Shown piece after piece: positions 26,191-40,050 of a stretch of DNA of 64,000 nucleotides. A model generated the notes under the pieces. It did not search any database, was not told the DNA's origin, and was given only the letters and a program-made list of their open reading frames with translations. The first letter of the stretch is position 1, and every line of letters begins with the position of its first letter. Location of the stretch: contig RDEW01000097.1 of assembly GCA_011109175.1 (NCBI GenBank), positions 5,390 through 69,389 on the forward strand, read 5' to 3'. This DNA comes from Dicyema japonicum (lineage: Eukaryota; Animalia; Dicyemida). The position numbers were made by a program, and so were the translations under genes.

Positions 26191-27464
26191 TGGGATGAAC
26201 TTTCAAGAAAGTGATGTTAGTGAGGTCATTCATTTCCTACAACAAGAGTCTCTACAACAAGTGGAGGATGACGGAATCGTTCCCATGGAACAACAATGCT
26301 GTAGTGAAGATCAGATTGGTGTGATGATGATAAAGAGATTGCAGTTAGATAGTCTATGAATGGCTCAAAACGAAAGAAAATAAATTAATACAGCCAATCA
26401 ATTTTAAATAGTTTAATTCTGACTTTTGGTTTATTATTAAATATACTTATTTCAAAAAAGTGAAATTAGACGAAATCCTGATGGTTCATACATTACATAA
26501 AAAATCTATAATCATCTCGAATCCGCCACTTATTGAAAGTCACAAAAAGTGTCGGATTGAATTTTTTAGAAATAAGTTGTACACCCTATCACATCCATTA
26601 GTTCTCTAGTCCTGGGGCTGTTTAATTACTTCAAGGATGCTTTCTTTGCTGATTTATGAAAGTGTGTCTTCTCACTCGTTTGTTCATCAAAAATGTGTTC
26701 TCATTACTCCCCTGTGTTCTCATTAGAATTTTCTCATAAAATAAAAGACACTTGACTTTGTTGAACAAAATACAGTACTTTTTTGCTAATCGTGAAAATC
26801 ACAATAAAAATATCTTAGATTGAGTTCAAAACACCAATTATGTTACCTGAATTCTTTCCTGAATTCATAGATTCTACGTCTTTTCTCCACATCTTTATTT
26901 CGTCCTGAATAAAAGCACTGAGTCACCCGAATACACACCTTATTTGACTTTCGACATTTAAGTTGGTAAAGCATATCCATGTTTCCCCATCATATCTGTG
27001 TTTTCCTCTCTGTCCGGTAAGATCTGTTATTTGTTCTAGCTGCTTCTTCAGTATTGTAAGTTTGCTTCCATATGGTGGATCTAATCGCACTTCTTTAACT
27101 TTATTATTAACTTTATTGTATTTAATACGTTTAATGTGTCAATGCAGGGTTTTTAATATTTAGTTGACTAAACGACATTATCAACAGTATTACTTTTCAT
27201 CTATTTCTAGTATCATTTCTCACCTATCGATAATTAAATTAAAATATTTCCAAATACCAAGGGTAACCAAACTAATTAACTCCTTGATCCTGACTCGTTC
27301 CAGAACTTGTCTCCAGAGAAAAAAGAGTGGATCCTCTTGATGCCGGCCATGCATTGGGCGTCTCCTTAGTAAGTGGATCTAATGACGCCAACAAAGGGAG
27401 TAAATAAAAAAACTAAACAAGAACCAAAATTCTAAATCGAACATAATTTTATATTTCTAATAAT

Positions 27465-28095
27465 TTTTTTATTAAAAGACAATTATTTAACAAAAAAAAC
27501 AAATTTTAGTTGAGGAAGCCTGCTGCGTGGATCGCGAACGAGTTCCCTCGGAGTATTGCAATCTTTTGTCTAAGCCATAACCTTTCTCGTTGATCCCCTT
27601 TCTTTCTGGCAAGCATTCCTCCGAGTTCGCGCAAGAACTCAGCCGTCATTGGACCAACAGCTTCGGATGACTCGACCGCAACAAGAGTAAATCGGTACCG
27701 GTCCCCGAGGCAAGAATATTTTTGATTTTTAGGTTTTCCGCGGTCGAAGCAGCTGCTCCAGGTGTCTGAACCGATTTGAAAAGATTCGTATTTGAAAATG
27801 TGTCAACACAAGTTGCGTCCCAGACCAAAGATCTTCCGGATGTGTAAGGGAAAAGGGTCATCCTATCAGGTCTCTTTCCATCTCTTCGATCGAGACCCAC
27901 TGGTTCAAATTGTGATGGGAAGCCTGTAACCTTTAGATATCTGACGATCACATCGTTCAGAGCAGCGTGACGTGGTCCTTTCCGGCGCTTCTTCTGCAGG
28001 ACAACAGGTGCTATCCCTTCGCATCAACTATTTTTCCCGCAGCTGCATCGGTGCTCCTGGCAAACGTCTAATCCTAGCCTTTGTCCGTCTAGTCC
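27465..28095 (-). mobile_element. CRE-clade 3' fragment, subfamily A
   Basis: RHAALNDV, FEPVGLDRRDGKRPDRMTLFPYTSGRSLVWDATCVDT. Confidence 0.9.
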
Positions 28096-28954
28096 TAGTC
28101 TTTTCTAATAATTTAAAAATAATAAATTATTCACGTTCTTGTCTCGTCATTTTCTACACCAGTTCTGTAAATTCTGCTGTCTCCAGAGGGTAGCCTTTGC
28201 ACCTCAAAAGAGAATCATTAATTTCACTTAATATTGGGACATCCTCACTCTGTCGACACGTTTACTTCTGATACAACGTGTTGGAATCACATGATTAGTT
28301 AGTCTAGTTTTTTTTTATTTTTTTAGTCTCTTAGTTTTATATATTGATTAAATTCCGTGTGTTAACTGTATTTTAGAAAACTAGGAATCACCACGAGGTT
28401 TGGTATTTTCTTGGTAAATCTATACAACATAATCAGAAACCGATTTCATATTCTAAATTGTTAAGTTTATAAAAATTAAAATCAACGATTATTACGATAA
28501 GCGATTTTTTCCTATTTTCTATCTTAAGCTCAATGAAGTCAAGATAAATTTATTGAATGCGAACACAGATGAACGAATTTTGATTTGCACTGTGTGGGAA
28601 TAAGCTAATCTAGCAGAATTCTAAATTATTTATTTTTTTAATTTTTATAGAAAGAACGTAAGTAATAGAATGAGGATTACCCCAAATTGTTTTTGACAGA
28701 AAATAAATATCCTCAATAGCACATTTATAGTCCATACTAATTAAACTAATCCACGTGTTTACATGACATTGTAGAATAGAATTATCTCTAACCAGTTTAC
28801 TCATCACAAAAAAATATCTATGTAAAACACGATATGAAGGAGTAGGGAGCATAACCAATGCTATTTGTAAAGCAGAAACATTCTTAATAGCCAAACAAGC
28901 CTTAATAAGACAACCAAAAGGAGGTGGAATAATATCCCCATTCACAAACATTTT

Positions 28955-29278
28955 ATAATAATAATAATAACAGCCTTTTCACGAGAGCCATAATATTTAT
29001 TGCTCCGCATAGGTAGGACACACTTTATTTAAGTAAAGAACAGTTAATTTTAACCAATCGTAGAACCAAGGAATGATCTTCATTTCTTTTTTCTTGTGTG
29101 TGGGTCCTTTCTAGACAATCCAGTTCCGCAGTGAGTATCCACTGATGACGGCGTCACTCGTCAAACCCTTTTAGCATCGTAGATGCGTGGAGTTTTTTAC
29201 CAGGTGAACAGCAGCGAGAATCGAACCCGTAACCTAAGCCACTTTAGCCCGACACCTAATCACTATGCCACCCGGCTG
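28955..29278 (-). mobile_element. tRNA-derived SINE, apparently full length
   Basis: A box TGGCATAGTGA, B box GGTTCGATTC, body shared with 36297 and 46807 copies, (TTA)n tail. Confidence 0.85.
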
Positions 29279-29309
29279 TAGGAAGAACAAAAGTAGTCTA
29301 CTTAATCAT

Positions 29310-29640
29310 CATCGCATACTAATGGATTGCCCTCATCTGTCCAAGCCGACCGGTTCAGAATAGAGGGGAATCAACAGACACCAGAGCACACTTCAAGATT
29401 CTCTTTATCGCCTTGTGGGAATCTTTCTGTTTTTTTAGAGATGAAAGAGAATGATATTCATATGAGTGGAAGGTACCTCCATATCTCCAATGTATATCTG
29501 ATGGAGATACCGATGCGGATACTATCATCATCAAAGTGAATCTAAACTATCATGATGGCATTATTCCAAGTGCAACTCCCAACGATCTTCCAGTAACAAA
29601 ACGAAGCGTCGCTGTCGGTTTGGGAGCTTACGGATCTTTT
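29310..29640 (-). mobile_element. Diverged CRE-clade fragment (related to 20790 and 61440-61657)
   Basis: DDDSIRIGISI and EPVGLDR motifs; DNA similarity to 61550-61657. Confidence 0.55.
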
Positions 29641-30644
29641 CATATTAATTTTCTAGGATGGTAAAGGTCTCTCTATAGGCCTGATTTTCAAATGTTTTAT
29701 ATATGATTTATGGTGATTCTGTAAAAATCGTAGAGTCATCTTGATCAACAGCTGATTTAGTCTCAAAAATAGATATGCAGAAAGACTAAATCCTTGGGGG
29801 AGAAAATTCCCAAACAGCAGAAGAGAACGAGAATAATTGATTTGTCCAGAACGTAAAATTAACGCAGCAGAAGAGAACGTAAAATTTAACGTAAATCGTC
29901 CTCTGTTGTTATAAACGTGATTTTTTTCAGAGTCTCGGATAATAACTTTGATTTTTACATAACAGAAACTCTACAACCTAGTTTATCTCTCCAATGTTTT
30001 ACGAAAAAAGTCCGCATCCTAAAAAATTAACTTTGAAGTAAGTACGGAAAACACGTCACTTGTGAGGATAAGCATGTTGGTTGACTTACTAAGAATTAGT
30101 TTTAAATGATATATGTAGCCTGTAACTAGATACTACCGATGCAAAAACTACGCCACATTGCCAATTTCTAAAAAAAGGCTCTTGAATCACAAAATGAGCT
30201 ATTGCTCGGTTAAAGACATAGAAAGAAATGTATTAATGTGGGAAAGTTAGTCATTTGGTCAACATTGATATTGCTTCTGGAATCACGGATCTAATTTTAG
30301 AATATACTAGAATATCCTGAATCATTGATAGAGCATAAATTTATGGATATAAGTTTATTAATCGCTAATTAGAAGAATCTCTTACCTTCAAAATGCATAT
30401 TTGATTGCCAGCATTCCAATTATTGTTCGATTGTTTTCATGACTAACTTGAATTTTAAAGGCAAGATTAAGGGAATGAATGCATGATGTACTCTTCCTTA
30501 AGGGGATGCCCAGTCGTTATTGGTAGTGCGAGATGGGGTTAATACTTTTAATTTTTGTTAAGAATTAAAAAAAGAACATTATTTGGAATAATTGATACGG
30601 ATTAGTTTACTGAATGTTCTTACTTTTTTATAAAGTTAGACGAT

Positions 30645-30760
30645 CCGATTAGTGATGACGGCGTCATTTGTCAAGCCAAACCAACATATGCGTGGAACTT
30701 TCAACCGAATATACAGAGCGGGACCTTATGATTTTGGTCCGATACTAGTAACATTGCGCG
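30645..30760 (-). repeat. Diverged relative of the SINE
   Basis: agtgatgacggcgtcatttgtcaa...atgcgtggaact matches the SINE body. Confidence 0.5.
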
Positions 30761-32074
30761 CAATTAAAATGCTAAAGTAAACATAATGTCAATAGTGGTA
30801 ATATGGCATTGTGAGCATGATCTAAAAAAGCCACCGAAACACGCTCAAAGTGAATGACAATATATATTCAAACTAATGTGATCAGAAAGACTCTTGAGAA
30901 GATTTGGGAAAACATCAATATGGGTAAGTCACATACGGATTCTCAGAAACTGATATCGATTTTTGAATGATCGAAGAAGGACGCGGTATCGAAAGTGGAT
31001 GTTTGTTTGAAAGTCTGAATGATGAAATTGTAGATAAATAACTCAACCAAGGAGGGTCCAAACTATTTACTACAACAAGCCTAAAAATGCTGCGGCTCTA
31101 AAAGGAGGCGAATTAATTGAGGAAAATTTAATAATTCAACTTAGCAAATAAAATATGTTTTTATTATAAAATTTTAAATAAAATCAAATTGTTAATTCCA
31201 TCGATTGAAATATTATTTAACACTTTAAATGAACTAATAATTAACATATATTTTGATAGTAAGTACTGATTCCTTGTTTTTCCTCACAAATTTAGTTTAT
31301 AAATTAATGTTTTCAATGAATTATTGTAGTACAGATCAGTTAATATGTTTCCATCGATTAAATATATCAAAGAATTTTAGTTTGTTTATTGATGTTTTTT
31401 TTATATTTGTTATTATGAATTATGTTTGTTGCTATGAATAACGTTGAATCTCTGAATATGGATTATGAATCTCTGAATTTAGTAGTACTATAAGTATGCG
31501 TGAATAGTATCGGTAATGTAGTCTACGATTACTATCTTATATAGTAAATATTTATAATATTATATAATAATCTATTATGTAATAATTATTAACTAATATG
31601 CCTGATATTACTTAATAACAATAATTTCTTTTGTTTACTTGGAATTAAAATTAAATTAAAAAGTTGAAAGAACAAATCCAGAATGAATATCATCGTGGAC
31701 AGAACGAAATCGGACAGGCGGAAATGAAAACATGTTAGACCCAGTGAGTAAAAAGGACGAAAGTCACGTTCTGATTTGGAAATGTTGAGGTGGCCTGAAA
31801 TCTCGTTCAAAAAATTTTTTTTCCAAAATCTTCAATACGACTGAGGTAAGAGAAATAGGTCTGTAGGGGTAATGGGAGGAGGAATCCTCGTTGATTTTGA
31901 GTACTTAAAAATTGAAGATCAAATTTAAAAAGATATATTTAAAATATGGAACATCAATGGAAAAACACATAATTTTCCAAGATGTTTAAGAATCACGTTG
32001 ACTATTTTAAACAATTTAATAAAATAGATATGAGTGTATTCAAAGATAAAGAATGTAGTAAAACAATGATTGAT

Positions 32075-32240
32075 TAGGGAAGGTGGCCCTGCAAATACAG
32101 TCAGCCTCCCAGTACGAGCTTGTGTGTGTACGAGGGAGGAGCACCGGGAACGAATGAGGATTTTAGCAGAGCGCATCGGGATCACGTGATAGTTAGTTTT
32201 GGTTTCACCGTGGTCTTGGGTGTTAAATAAATAAATAAAT
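32075..32240 (+). mobile_element. LINE 3' end (RxCVG family)
   Basis: RACVCTREEHRERMRILAERIGIT* plus (TAAA)n tail. Confidence 0.75.
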
Positions 32241-32697
32241 AGTCAGACCTTCTTTTGTGCGACCCCAAACTCTTGGAAACCTCGATTTTTGTGAGATTTA
32301 TAATTTTGATAGTAATCTGAGATTTCTTATAGAATTAAGTCCGACCTCGTTTTGAAAAAACACAAAATGTGCAAAAATCTCGATTTTGTGTATTCTTAGA
32401 GGGAAATATAGTATATTTTAATTGGCTGCGAGGACATCGACGTGGTTTTATCTACGTACTCCACGGATCATAAAATAAATCTCATCATACTCCTTGGGCT
32501 AAAACTCTACAACCTCTATGTAGTAGTTTAGCAGCGAGCTAGAATACTCATTAAATGGTAGGAACAAATTTAGAGAAGTCTTGACTATTTGTTTTTGTTA
32601 AAGTCAACAAAGTAGTTATTAAAAAGAAAAGATGGAGATTTTAATAATCAATTTATCACAAAAAAAGTAAAATGAGAGAAAAGCTGATATTCATATA

Positions 32698-34132
32698 CAG
32701 TAAACTCTCCGAATTTGCCATTTTTAGTTCCAGCATTTTCTGCGGCAAATTTGGGAATTGGCAAATTTCAGAATTTAATCAATAATTTTAACATATTTAT
32801 TGGGAAACTTCTCGTCGATGAAAATAACTAAATTTGATTTTATTACGACAACAAAATTTATTTAAAAAAAATGAAGTATTAAATTTTATCAAAATAAAAT
32901 TCAATTCACATTTGTTTCTTTTTGACACTTAGAATATTTCATGAAATCTTCTAATAATTTAATAAGGACGACATCCTCTTCGTTTTCAACTTTCTCAAGA
33001 AGATCCTTTTCAATTTCGCTTAACATTGATGCTACTTCATTCTTGATTATGGGTTTCACTTCAGTAGTTTATTCATGGATGAGTATTTCATTATCATCTA
33101 TTAATGATGCTATTTCTTTTTAATCTATTGCATTTTTTCAGAATAATTTATAGACATAAATTCTTTGATTTCAATTGATCGTAATATTTCTTGAATTATG
33201 TTCACATATACTAAAGGTGTACTTATTATTATTATTAGCAATGTCCGCGGAACCAGAAGAGTTAACTAATTTGAGATTCTACTTTTACCATGGATCTCTG
33301 GATACATGCTGTAAGTCGTTTCCATCTTCCCCTGTTTCTCGCAACCGTTCTCAGATCATCCAGATCCTCTCCTGTTTTCAGTTTTTTCCTATACTAGTGA
33401 GTTCTATGTTGAGCGTCGACGGTAACGTTGTTCTTTGTCGACTTCGATACGTTTTTGGAATCATACAGAAAAGTATGATTCCATGGCCAGATTGGACTTG
33501 GAAACTTTTTGAAATTCTTTGAGAACCCCTTCAATATCGACACTTTTGTCATTGCACATTTGTCCGTGTAATTTTCTCATCCGAAATCCACGCCTTTTCT
33601 TAAATTTAGATAAAAATCCATGAGTTTTTGAAATAGTCGCGAGAAAGTTGCTTAACAAAGAATTCTGCTTTACAGGATGTTAATGCATCGTTCAACAATG
33701 CACCTTAAAATTTAAAAACATTAAGAATACCTTTTGATTCCATCGAATCCATCTACTCAACAAGCTTTTCATCAAATTGCGTAAACTTTAACTTTTTGAC
33801 TGTATTTTTTGGAGGAATTTTTAGTTTTGAATTGTTCCGAAAGTGATTCACGATGTTCACTTTAAACAAAAAAAAAGTTATCAGCAATTTTCTGTCATGA
33901 GTTGTTGTCGTCCTTATAACGCAATATTTGAACTTTTTGTTAGATAGTGAGTTTTTGTATATCGACAACTAAAATCACAACGAGGCATTCTACTCGAATA
34001 AAGTTTTATTGTTTTAATTTTCAGTAATTTTTTTAAAACTTTAAAAAATTTTGGCAAATTTCCACAAAAATTAGAATATATCTCTTAAAAAATGGCAAAT
34101 CTGAGAATTGGCAAATTTACGATAGTTTACTT
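32698..34132 (-). mobile_element. pogo/Tigger (Tc1-mariner superfamily) element, internally deleted, with nested RTE fragment
   Basis: TA|cagtaaactctccgaatttgcca ... tggcaaatttacgatagtttact TIRs; CENP-B HTH-like GFLSKFKKRRGFRMRKLHG. Confidence 0.85.
33222..33495 (-). mobile_element. RTE-like LINE 3' fragment inserted in the pogo element
   Basis: Matches 20460-20640; (TAA)n tail at 33222-33237. Confidence 0.75.
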
Positions 34133-34799
34133 TATTACGAAATAATAAATAATACTCTCGATTCATCTTTTTTGAAAGCTCCGAAAATGGTGGATTCGAG
34201 GTATTGGAGTAGCGATTTTGAAGCCCTGATCGAAGTATTTTGTTGTCTTCAAATGCCTGTGTAGAATGTGTGGAATCCAAGTCGTTATTCTTTAGCCCAG
34301 GTTCAATTTTTCGTGGAGCGTTCCATGGTGGTCAATAATGTCTCACGGATTGAATAAGTGTATTGGTTGTGGAAAGGTTGAGTTATTAGGTTCAAATGAT
34401 TGCTGGAAGAGTTCTAAACTGATATTTCAATAGTATTCAAAAATAGGGGATATTTGAATATTTGATCTTGTTGTAAAGGAACACACGAGAGATGCTTTTT
34501 AATACGATTAGGTCAATGAAAACAAATACATTTTTTCATGAGAAAATAATTGTTAAAACTATCGGCAATACTCAGTTGTTCAAAATGTCTTGACGTTAAA
34601 ATTCAGATTCTAATCTATTTGAGGCCTATTGAGTAAAATGTCTATCTAAATGTGGAAATTATTTTAGGAGCAAAAGCTTAACATCAACTCAATGATCAGC
34701 GTCGGAATCGTTTGTAGGAAATCTGATAGATACAAACACAGTGTTTTTTTTGTATATCGTATGAGATACAAACACATCCATATGACCAAGAAGTGAATC

Positions 34800-35130
34800 A
34801 AAATAATAATTATAATAATAACACCAGATACCACGGTTACACAAACTAACTAATCACGTGATCCCAGCACGCTCTAGCAGGGACCTCATCTTTGCCGATG
34901 TTCTTCCCTCGAACCCACACAAGCACGTATCGGTCAAGTGACTGTACCTTCGCAATCACGACGGCGCGTTTCCATGGTTTATTCACATCAAGGCATCAAG
35001 AGGCCATTGGTGGCTGGAACTCTCCAGAAATCCAGCGTTCCGTGATTTTGGAGACTCTTTTCCGGCTATCCTCGATCTTCAAGACATTCGTTCAAGAGAT
35101 AAACAAGCCCCATATACCACATGCATAAGA
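34800..35130 (-). mobile_element. LINE 3' end (RxCVG family)
   Basis: IRACVGSREEHR..MRSLLERAGIT* plus (TTA)n tail. Confidence 0.75.
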
Positions 35131-35329
35131 GATGCATGATTCAATGAATTGTTCATATAAATTGATGTAGCAAACGAAGTAGTATATAAATTTTACATTT
35201 CAAATACTTATTTATAAATTTAAAAATTTATACTTAAATTATTTTTTAAAAATAAATTTAAAAAAATCAGAATAAATAGAATATATAAGCGTGTATTGCG
35301 CTTTGCGTCTGTGGACGACGTGCAATTTG

Positions 35330-37480
35330 CAAAACCTCAAGAAACCAGCATTTTAACTATTAAAAAACAACGAGTCTCGTTTTTTTTGTTTCTTCTGAGA
35401 ATTCACCATTGAACCAACAGTGATTTAAGGAATAGGTAGTTTATAAATGAAGTAAACACTCTAGGTTTAAATTGAATTGAAAAAGCTTTGTTCATTGATG
35501 GTTACTCTTTCAACTGTATTGGAAAATATTTGAGAAGATTTTCAACTTCGAACGAAGATTAATTACTAAAGAAGAAAACAAGGAACTCAATTCTATAATT
35601 AAGAAATTTCTGCTTAAATTGTGTCCTTATTTTTGCTGAAATGTGCTCACGAAGTGACCGCGTGGTTAATATTCAGGTATTTGTTCAAAAATATATTAAT
35701 TAGATCGTATATCACATTTTCAACAAGGAATGAATTAATACCAATGGTTCTTTTCATTACAAAACAAAAATCTTCGTTAGAGCTCATCAAATTTTAAACC
35801 TGGAGACGAGTCATCTCACTGGAATTGGTGGTAGAGCCTAGAAAAACAGTCACACACTCTTCGAAATGCTGTCTTATCAAGACTCGAAAAAGATTTGAGA
35901 TTTTTGTATGCAAAATCGGTTCTGGATACAGCAAAGTATATTCCTCTTATTTGTAGATTTCTTTAACTGTTGGAACTTTCTATTGCTCTATTGCCAGAAT
36001 TTCTGTCAATATTTTATCAAATGACGGAAAAAGAGATGAATAAATCTGTCCAAATTATGTCGTTTTGGTTAAAGGAGTGAGTTTTATCAGCTCCGTGTAG
36101 AAATGCTTCATATATTATTCTGAAACCTTTACTTGTGTAAGTTATTTTTCATCAATAGACGCTTAAATTTTGCATTGCTGTTTGTTTCTAAGGTTTGGTA
36201 TTGACTTTTTTATTTTTTGTAGAAATTTGAAGATTAAAATCCTACTGAAGTTGAATTGATACTCAAACTGCAGGTTTTTTTTAGAATCATGAAAACCGAG
36301 TGGTTAGGTGTCGGGCTAAAGTGACTTAGGTTACGGGTTCGATTCTCGCTGTGTTTACCTGATGGAAGGTTCTACGCATCTACGATGCTTAAAAAGGCCT
36401 TGACGAGTGACGCCGTCATCACTGTGGAACTGGATAGTCTTAAAAGGACCCACACACAAGAAAAAGGAAGTGAAGATCATTCCTTGGTTCTAAGATTAGT
36501 TAAAATTAACTGTTCTTTACTTAAATAAAACTGTGTGTCTTGCCTATGCGGAGCTAATATCACGTAACGTGAAAAAGGCTGTTATTATTATTATTTATCA
36601 TGAAAACATTGAATTTATTGAGAGGTAACTATTTTGTTTAATTTTTCAGAATTCTTTGTTTTTGCAAACATTCTGGACTCAATCGTAGTGTTTTCTTCTG
36701 TCGAAAAAACTTACAAATTTTGTTTTTATCGAATCCAGAGGAAACTGAGTTTTAAATATTACTAACTTTCTGAGAAGCATCAATTCGAATTGTTAAAGTT
36801 GTTCAATTTGTTTATTTTTGTTACTTCTTGCACATTTTTGAAACTTTGGTACAAAATCTTTAGAAAATGGATCGAATCTTTTATTAATCTTCGGTAAAAC
36901 ACTTTAATTCTTTATATTAGATATAAAAATAATTTTTAAGAAAATCGTGAATATGCTTCATAAGGACAAATCTGTAAAATCGAAACTTGGTCAACTATAG
37001 ATTCAGTGTCAACTTAAAGTTTGATTCGAAAACGACTTTGTTTTTAGCCCTCAATAAAGTTAATCCTTCCACCCGACTTGATCAATTTCGAATTGAAATG
37101 GATTATTTATAAATATGTTTAATGATTTAAATTATTCAGAACGTGGAACCTATTTTGTATTTGATCTGTTATCTCAAATTTTTATCTCGAGATGATTGAC
37201 GTCGAATATTTAATTGAACTATTCACCCCTGTTAAAGTTTACTTCTGAATATTATTTTTTAGGTTTCGGATTATTTTGACCCCCGAAGATTTGCTACATG
37301 GATTTATAGACGTTAATTTGATTTAAACACAAGGTTGAAACTATATGCTAAAATTTAAGCACAAGCTGGTAGTTAACTTCATTGCTTATTCGAATCTTAA
37401 GATCTGGATTTGAGTGAGCTGACACGCTTCAACTACTTTCATTCAGCGAACTACGCATTTTTATGAACAATACAATTTAC
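35330..37480 (+). pseudogene. UTP10: UTP10/HEATR1 (U3 snoRNP protein 10) pseudogene with mini-introns; 3' extent uncertain
   Basis: FERRLITKEENKELNSIIKKFLLKLCPYF.LKCAHEVTAWLIFR...KTKIFVRAHQIL matches the HEATR1 N-terminus; GT-AG introns 35436-35464 and 35677-35703; several frameshifts and stops; SINE insertion. Confidence 0.75.
36297..36596 (+). mobile_element. tRNA-derived SINE with 11-bp TSD
   Basis: ATCATGAAAAC at 36286-36296 and 36597-36607; B box GGTTCGATTC; (TTA)n tail. Confidence 0.9.
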
Positions 37481-37629
37481 TTTCGATATCTTTTTTGAAA
37501 AAATTCAAAACTTTTGAGTATTTTTTGTGAAATTTATGAATTTTTAGGTTTTAAATTCTCTGCCATTAAGATTATTTTACTTTTTATTATTTATTACAAT
37601 TACCTTCCACATTCTATTTATTTTACTTT

Positions 37630-38110
37630 TTTTATTTATTATTTATTTATTAACCCAAGAACACAAATAGTTAATATAATTACTCAAATAAATTGAGTGA
37701 TCTCGACAGCTTCAATCAGATTTCTCATCCTCTCATAACGTCTTCTGGGATCCAACACAGCGGGATGATTTTGGGGATAGAAATTGGAGCGGGGTGATCT
37801 ACATCCTTCTTATGAGAGACGTCATTGCTGTGTACTGTTGGAAGCTGCAGTTCATGCATAGGGAAACAAATTCCTGATCATTTTGTTGGAAAGGTATTCA
37901 AGCAATGAAAAGATTTGTTTTTCTAGTTTTCCGAGATTACTAATAGTAATGGCTGTCAAGGACTGAATGCCGCTGATTTTTTATTTGTTCCTCCACGACA
38001 GATTGATTCCCTATGAAGCATAGCTGACAGATGGTTCAATGAATTGTTTATACAGTAATTTCAATGCTGGAAAAGAGGGTCATAATGCAATTTTAGAATA
38101 ATTTGTAGAT
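37630..38110 (-). mobile_element. LINE 3' fragment (RxCVG family; relative at 55560-55810 plus)
   Basis: LKLLYKQFIEPSVSYAS; RCVGSQK..ERMRNLIEAVEIT; shared 3'UTR taactatt.gtgttcttgggttaata. Confidence 0.7.
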
Positions 38111-38350
38111 AAGTTCCAATGTAAATTTTATAGCGAATTTAATTCCAATGATGATGGAAGTAAATACAAATTTATCGAAAGACTATTTGTTTTTGCGTCT
38201 TGAGTAGAATGTGCTGACTAATTCTCAACTTAACGAGTGAAATATATTTCCCACAAAACCATATAAATCTTGATTAGAAGATTTAACTGACGACATAATA
38301 ATTTATCACTTCTCCTTAAATCTTATTTAATAGAGTAAAGTTTGAAAACT

Positions 38351-38662
38351 TCAATGAAACAGATTTAAAGCTGGTGTAATAGAAAATTTCTTTTCGTTGA
38401 AAATAACAATAAATTGTGAGATACTTGAGCTGAGATTAATCCTTGTCTCTTTCTCCCTCTCTGAATCAGTTATTTCACGTTGTTCACCACGGGCTAAATG
38501 AAATTCAATATCACAGTAATAAACACAAGGTTTAATAAAAAATAGAAAGTTTATAAATGTCCATAAGTCTGGTCCTATGTGTTTATGGGAATTGAATTGG
38601 TTGATATCATCATTCGTTGAGTGAATAATAATAGTAAAAATAGACTTTCTATTTGAAGTCAT
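38351..38662 (-). mobile_element. Possible MULE transposase C-terminal remnant
   Basis: STNDDINQFNS...PDLWTFINFL resembles the TNN..E..N...HP.LW.FI motif; no TIRs found. Confidence 0.3.
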
Positions 38663-39724
38663 TGTTATATATTCCGAGTTAATTTGCTACTACACTAAAC
38701 TATGGAACTTTTATTATTTGAAGTCTACCAAAGGATATAATGGGAATTATAAAACTTATATCTGTTTAGGTAACATCTGAGAAAAACACGTAAAATTAAA
38801 AATGTTAAAATTTAGTTTACTTGACTATAATCCGAGTACATATTCTTCTGTTAAATCATAAAATCCAGATATTCGTGGACAGAGTCAGAGAAACAATCAG
38901 ATACATTTCATCACTCAGAAGTCGACAAAATAATAAACTTGTATATTATTCACTTATCCAACGAAGAATCATTCACAAAAGCCTTTCATGGAATAAACAT
39001 ATTTCACTCATATTGGAATTTATGTAGTCTAGTAAGGAAATCTATGATTCTGTGATCAGAAAAGCAAAGCAAAAATACTCTTAAAAGTGGTATTTATTAG
39101 ATAATCGGTAATATTCTTATTTTAAAGAAAAATAAAATTATGGTAGAAAACATTAAACATCCAAATGGATTTACGTCATTCTAAATGTGACTAAATGTTT
39201 TTAAAGGCAATTCTAAACTTATATAATTATTGTCAGTGAATACTCTGAATTTAAACCAACCAACATGAAAGACTTTCAACACAATAATTGCTTTGACTTT
39301 GTGATTAATTCTAAATCCGACAGGTATATTCGATTCAGTAGATAACAGTAGGTGGTCCCGGACAAGAGAAGAGGTGACCTGTTTTCTGGTCTTCAGGAAA
39401 GCACGATCGAGATAATCCTATACAGATATGAATGTTAATTCAAGTAATGACCAACGTAAACGCGCCAAGTGGACGCACACTTACCGCGGTAAAAAAGCTT
39501 CGATTTTGTCAAAAATATATGAAATGCCCTCCAGAAGCTTGTTTATAATAAGGCTAGTACTTTGAGGATTCCGCCTCCGAAGAGAGGTGGAGAAGTAGGT
39601 CAGTTGTCTTTCATTTTCGTCGCACGCCTACCGACGCAGTTATCAATTCACTCGTCTACGAAATAGTTTCCATAATGTAATCTTAACTAGAGGATATAGC
39701 TACAGATTGGTTTCTATCGTGTTT

Positions 39725-40050
39725 CATTTATTTTATTTTAAAGCCGAGAATCACCGACAAAATAAAAAAGAGTGGGGCCGTCATGTGGTCCCAGATACCT
39801 TAAGCAGCCGTCTCATCCTTTCTAGGTGTTCCTCCCGAAGCCGACACACTTCCTGCATGGATGAATCACTTTTCGTAAATTGAGGTTTAAGCGGGGCTTC
39901 AGTTCTCCTCACAAGTTCCTTGAACGAAGTTGGCTTAGTGGTGAGGAGAACCTTTTAGGGCCCTTTTTACTATTTTTGGAAGGAGTTTATTTCTTTAGGT
40001 TGGTATAAGATAGGTTATTATCCCATTCCGAACAGCAGTAGTCGAATGCT
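39725..40050 (-). mobile_element. LINE 3' fragment (RxCVG family)
   Basis: DNA match to 16730-17060 and 52950-53235, but with a different 3' flank. Confidence 0.8.

Noticed and set aside
28955-29278. SINE head as a functional tRNA gene
   Set aside because: A and B boxes are present but there is no cloverleaf, and it continues into a repeated body and tail
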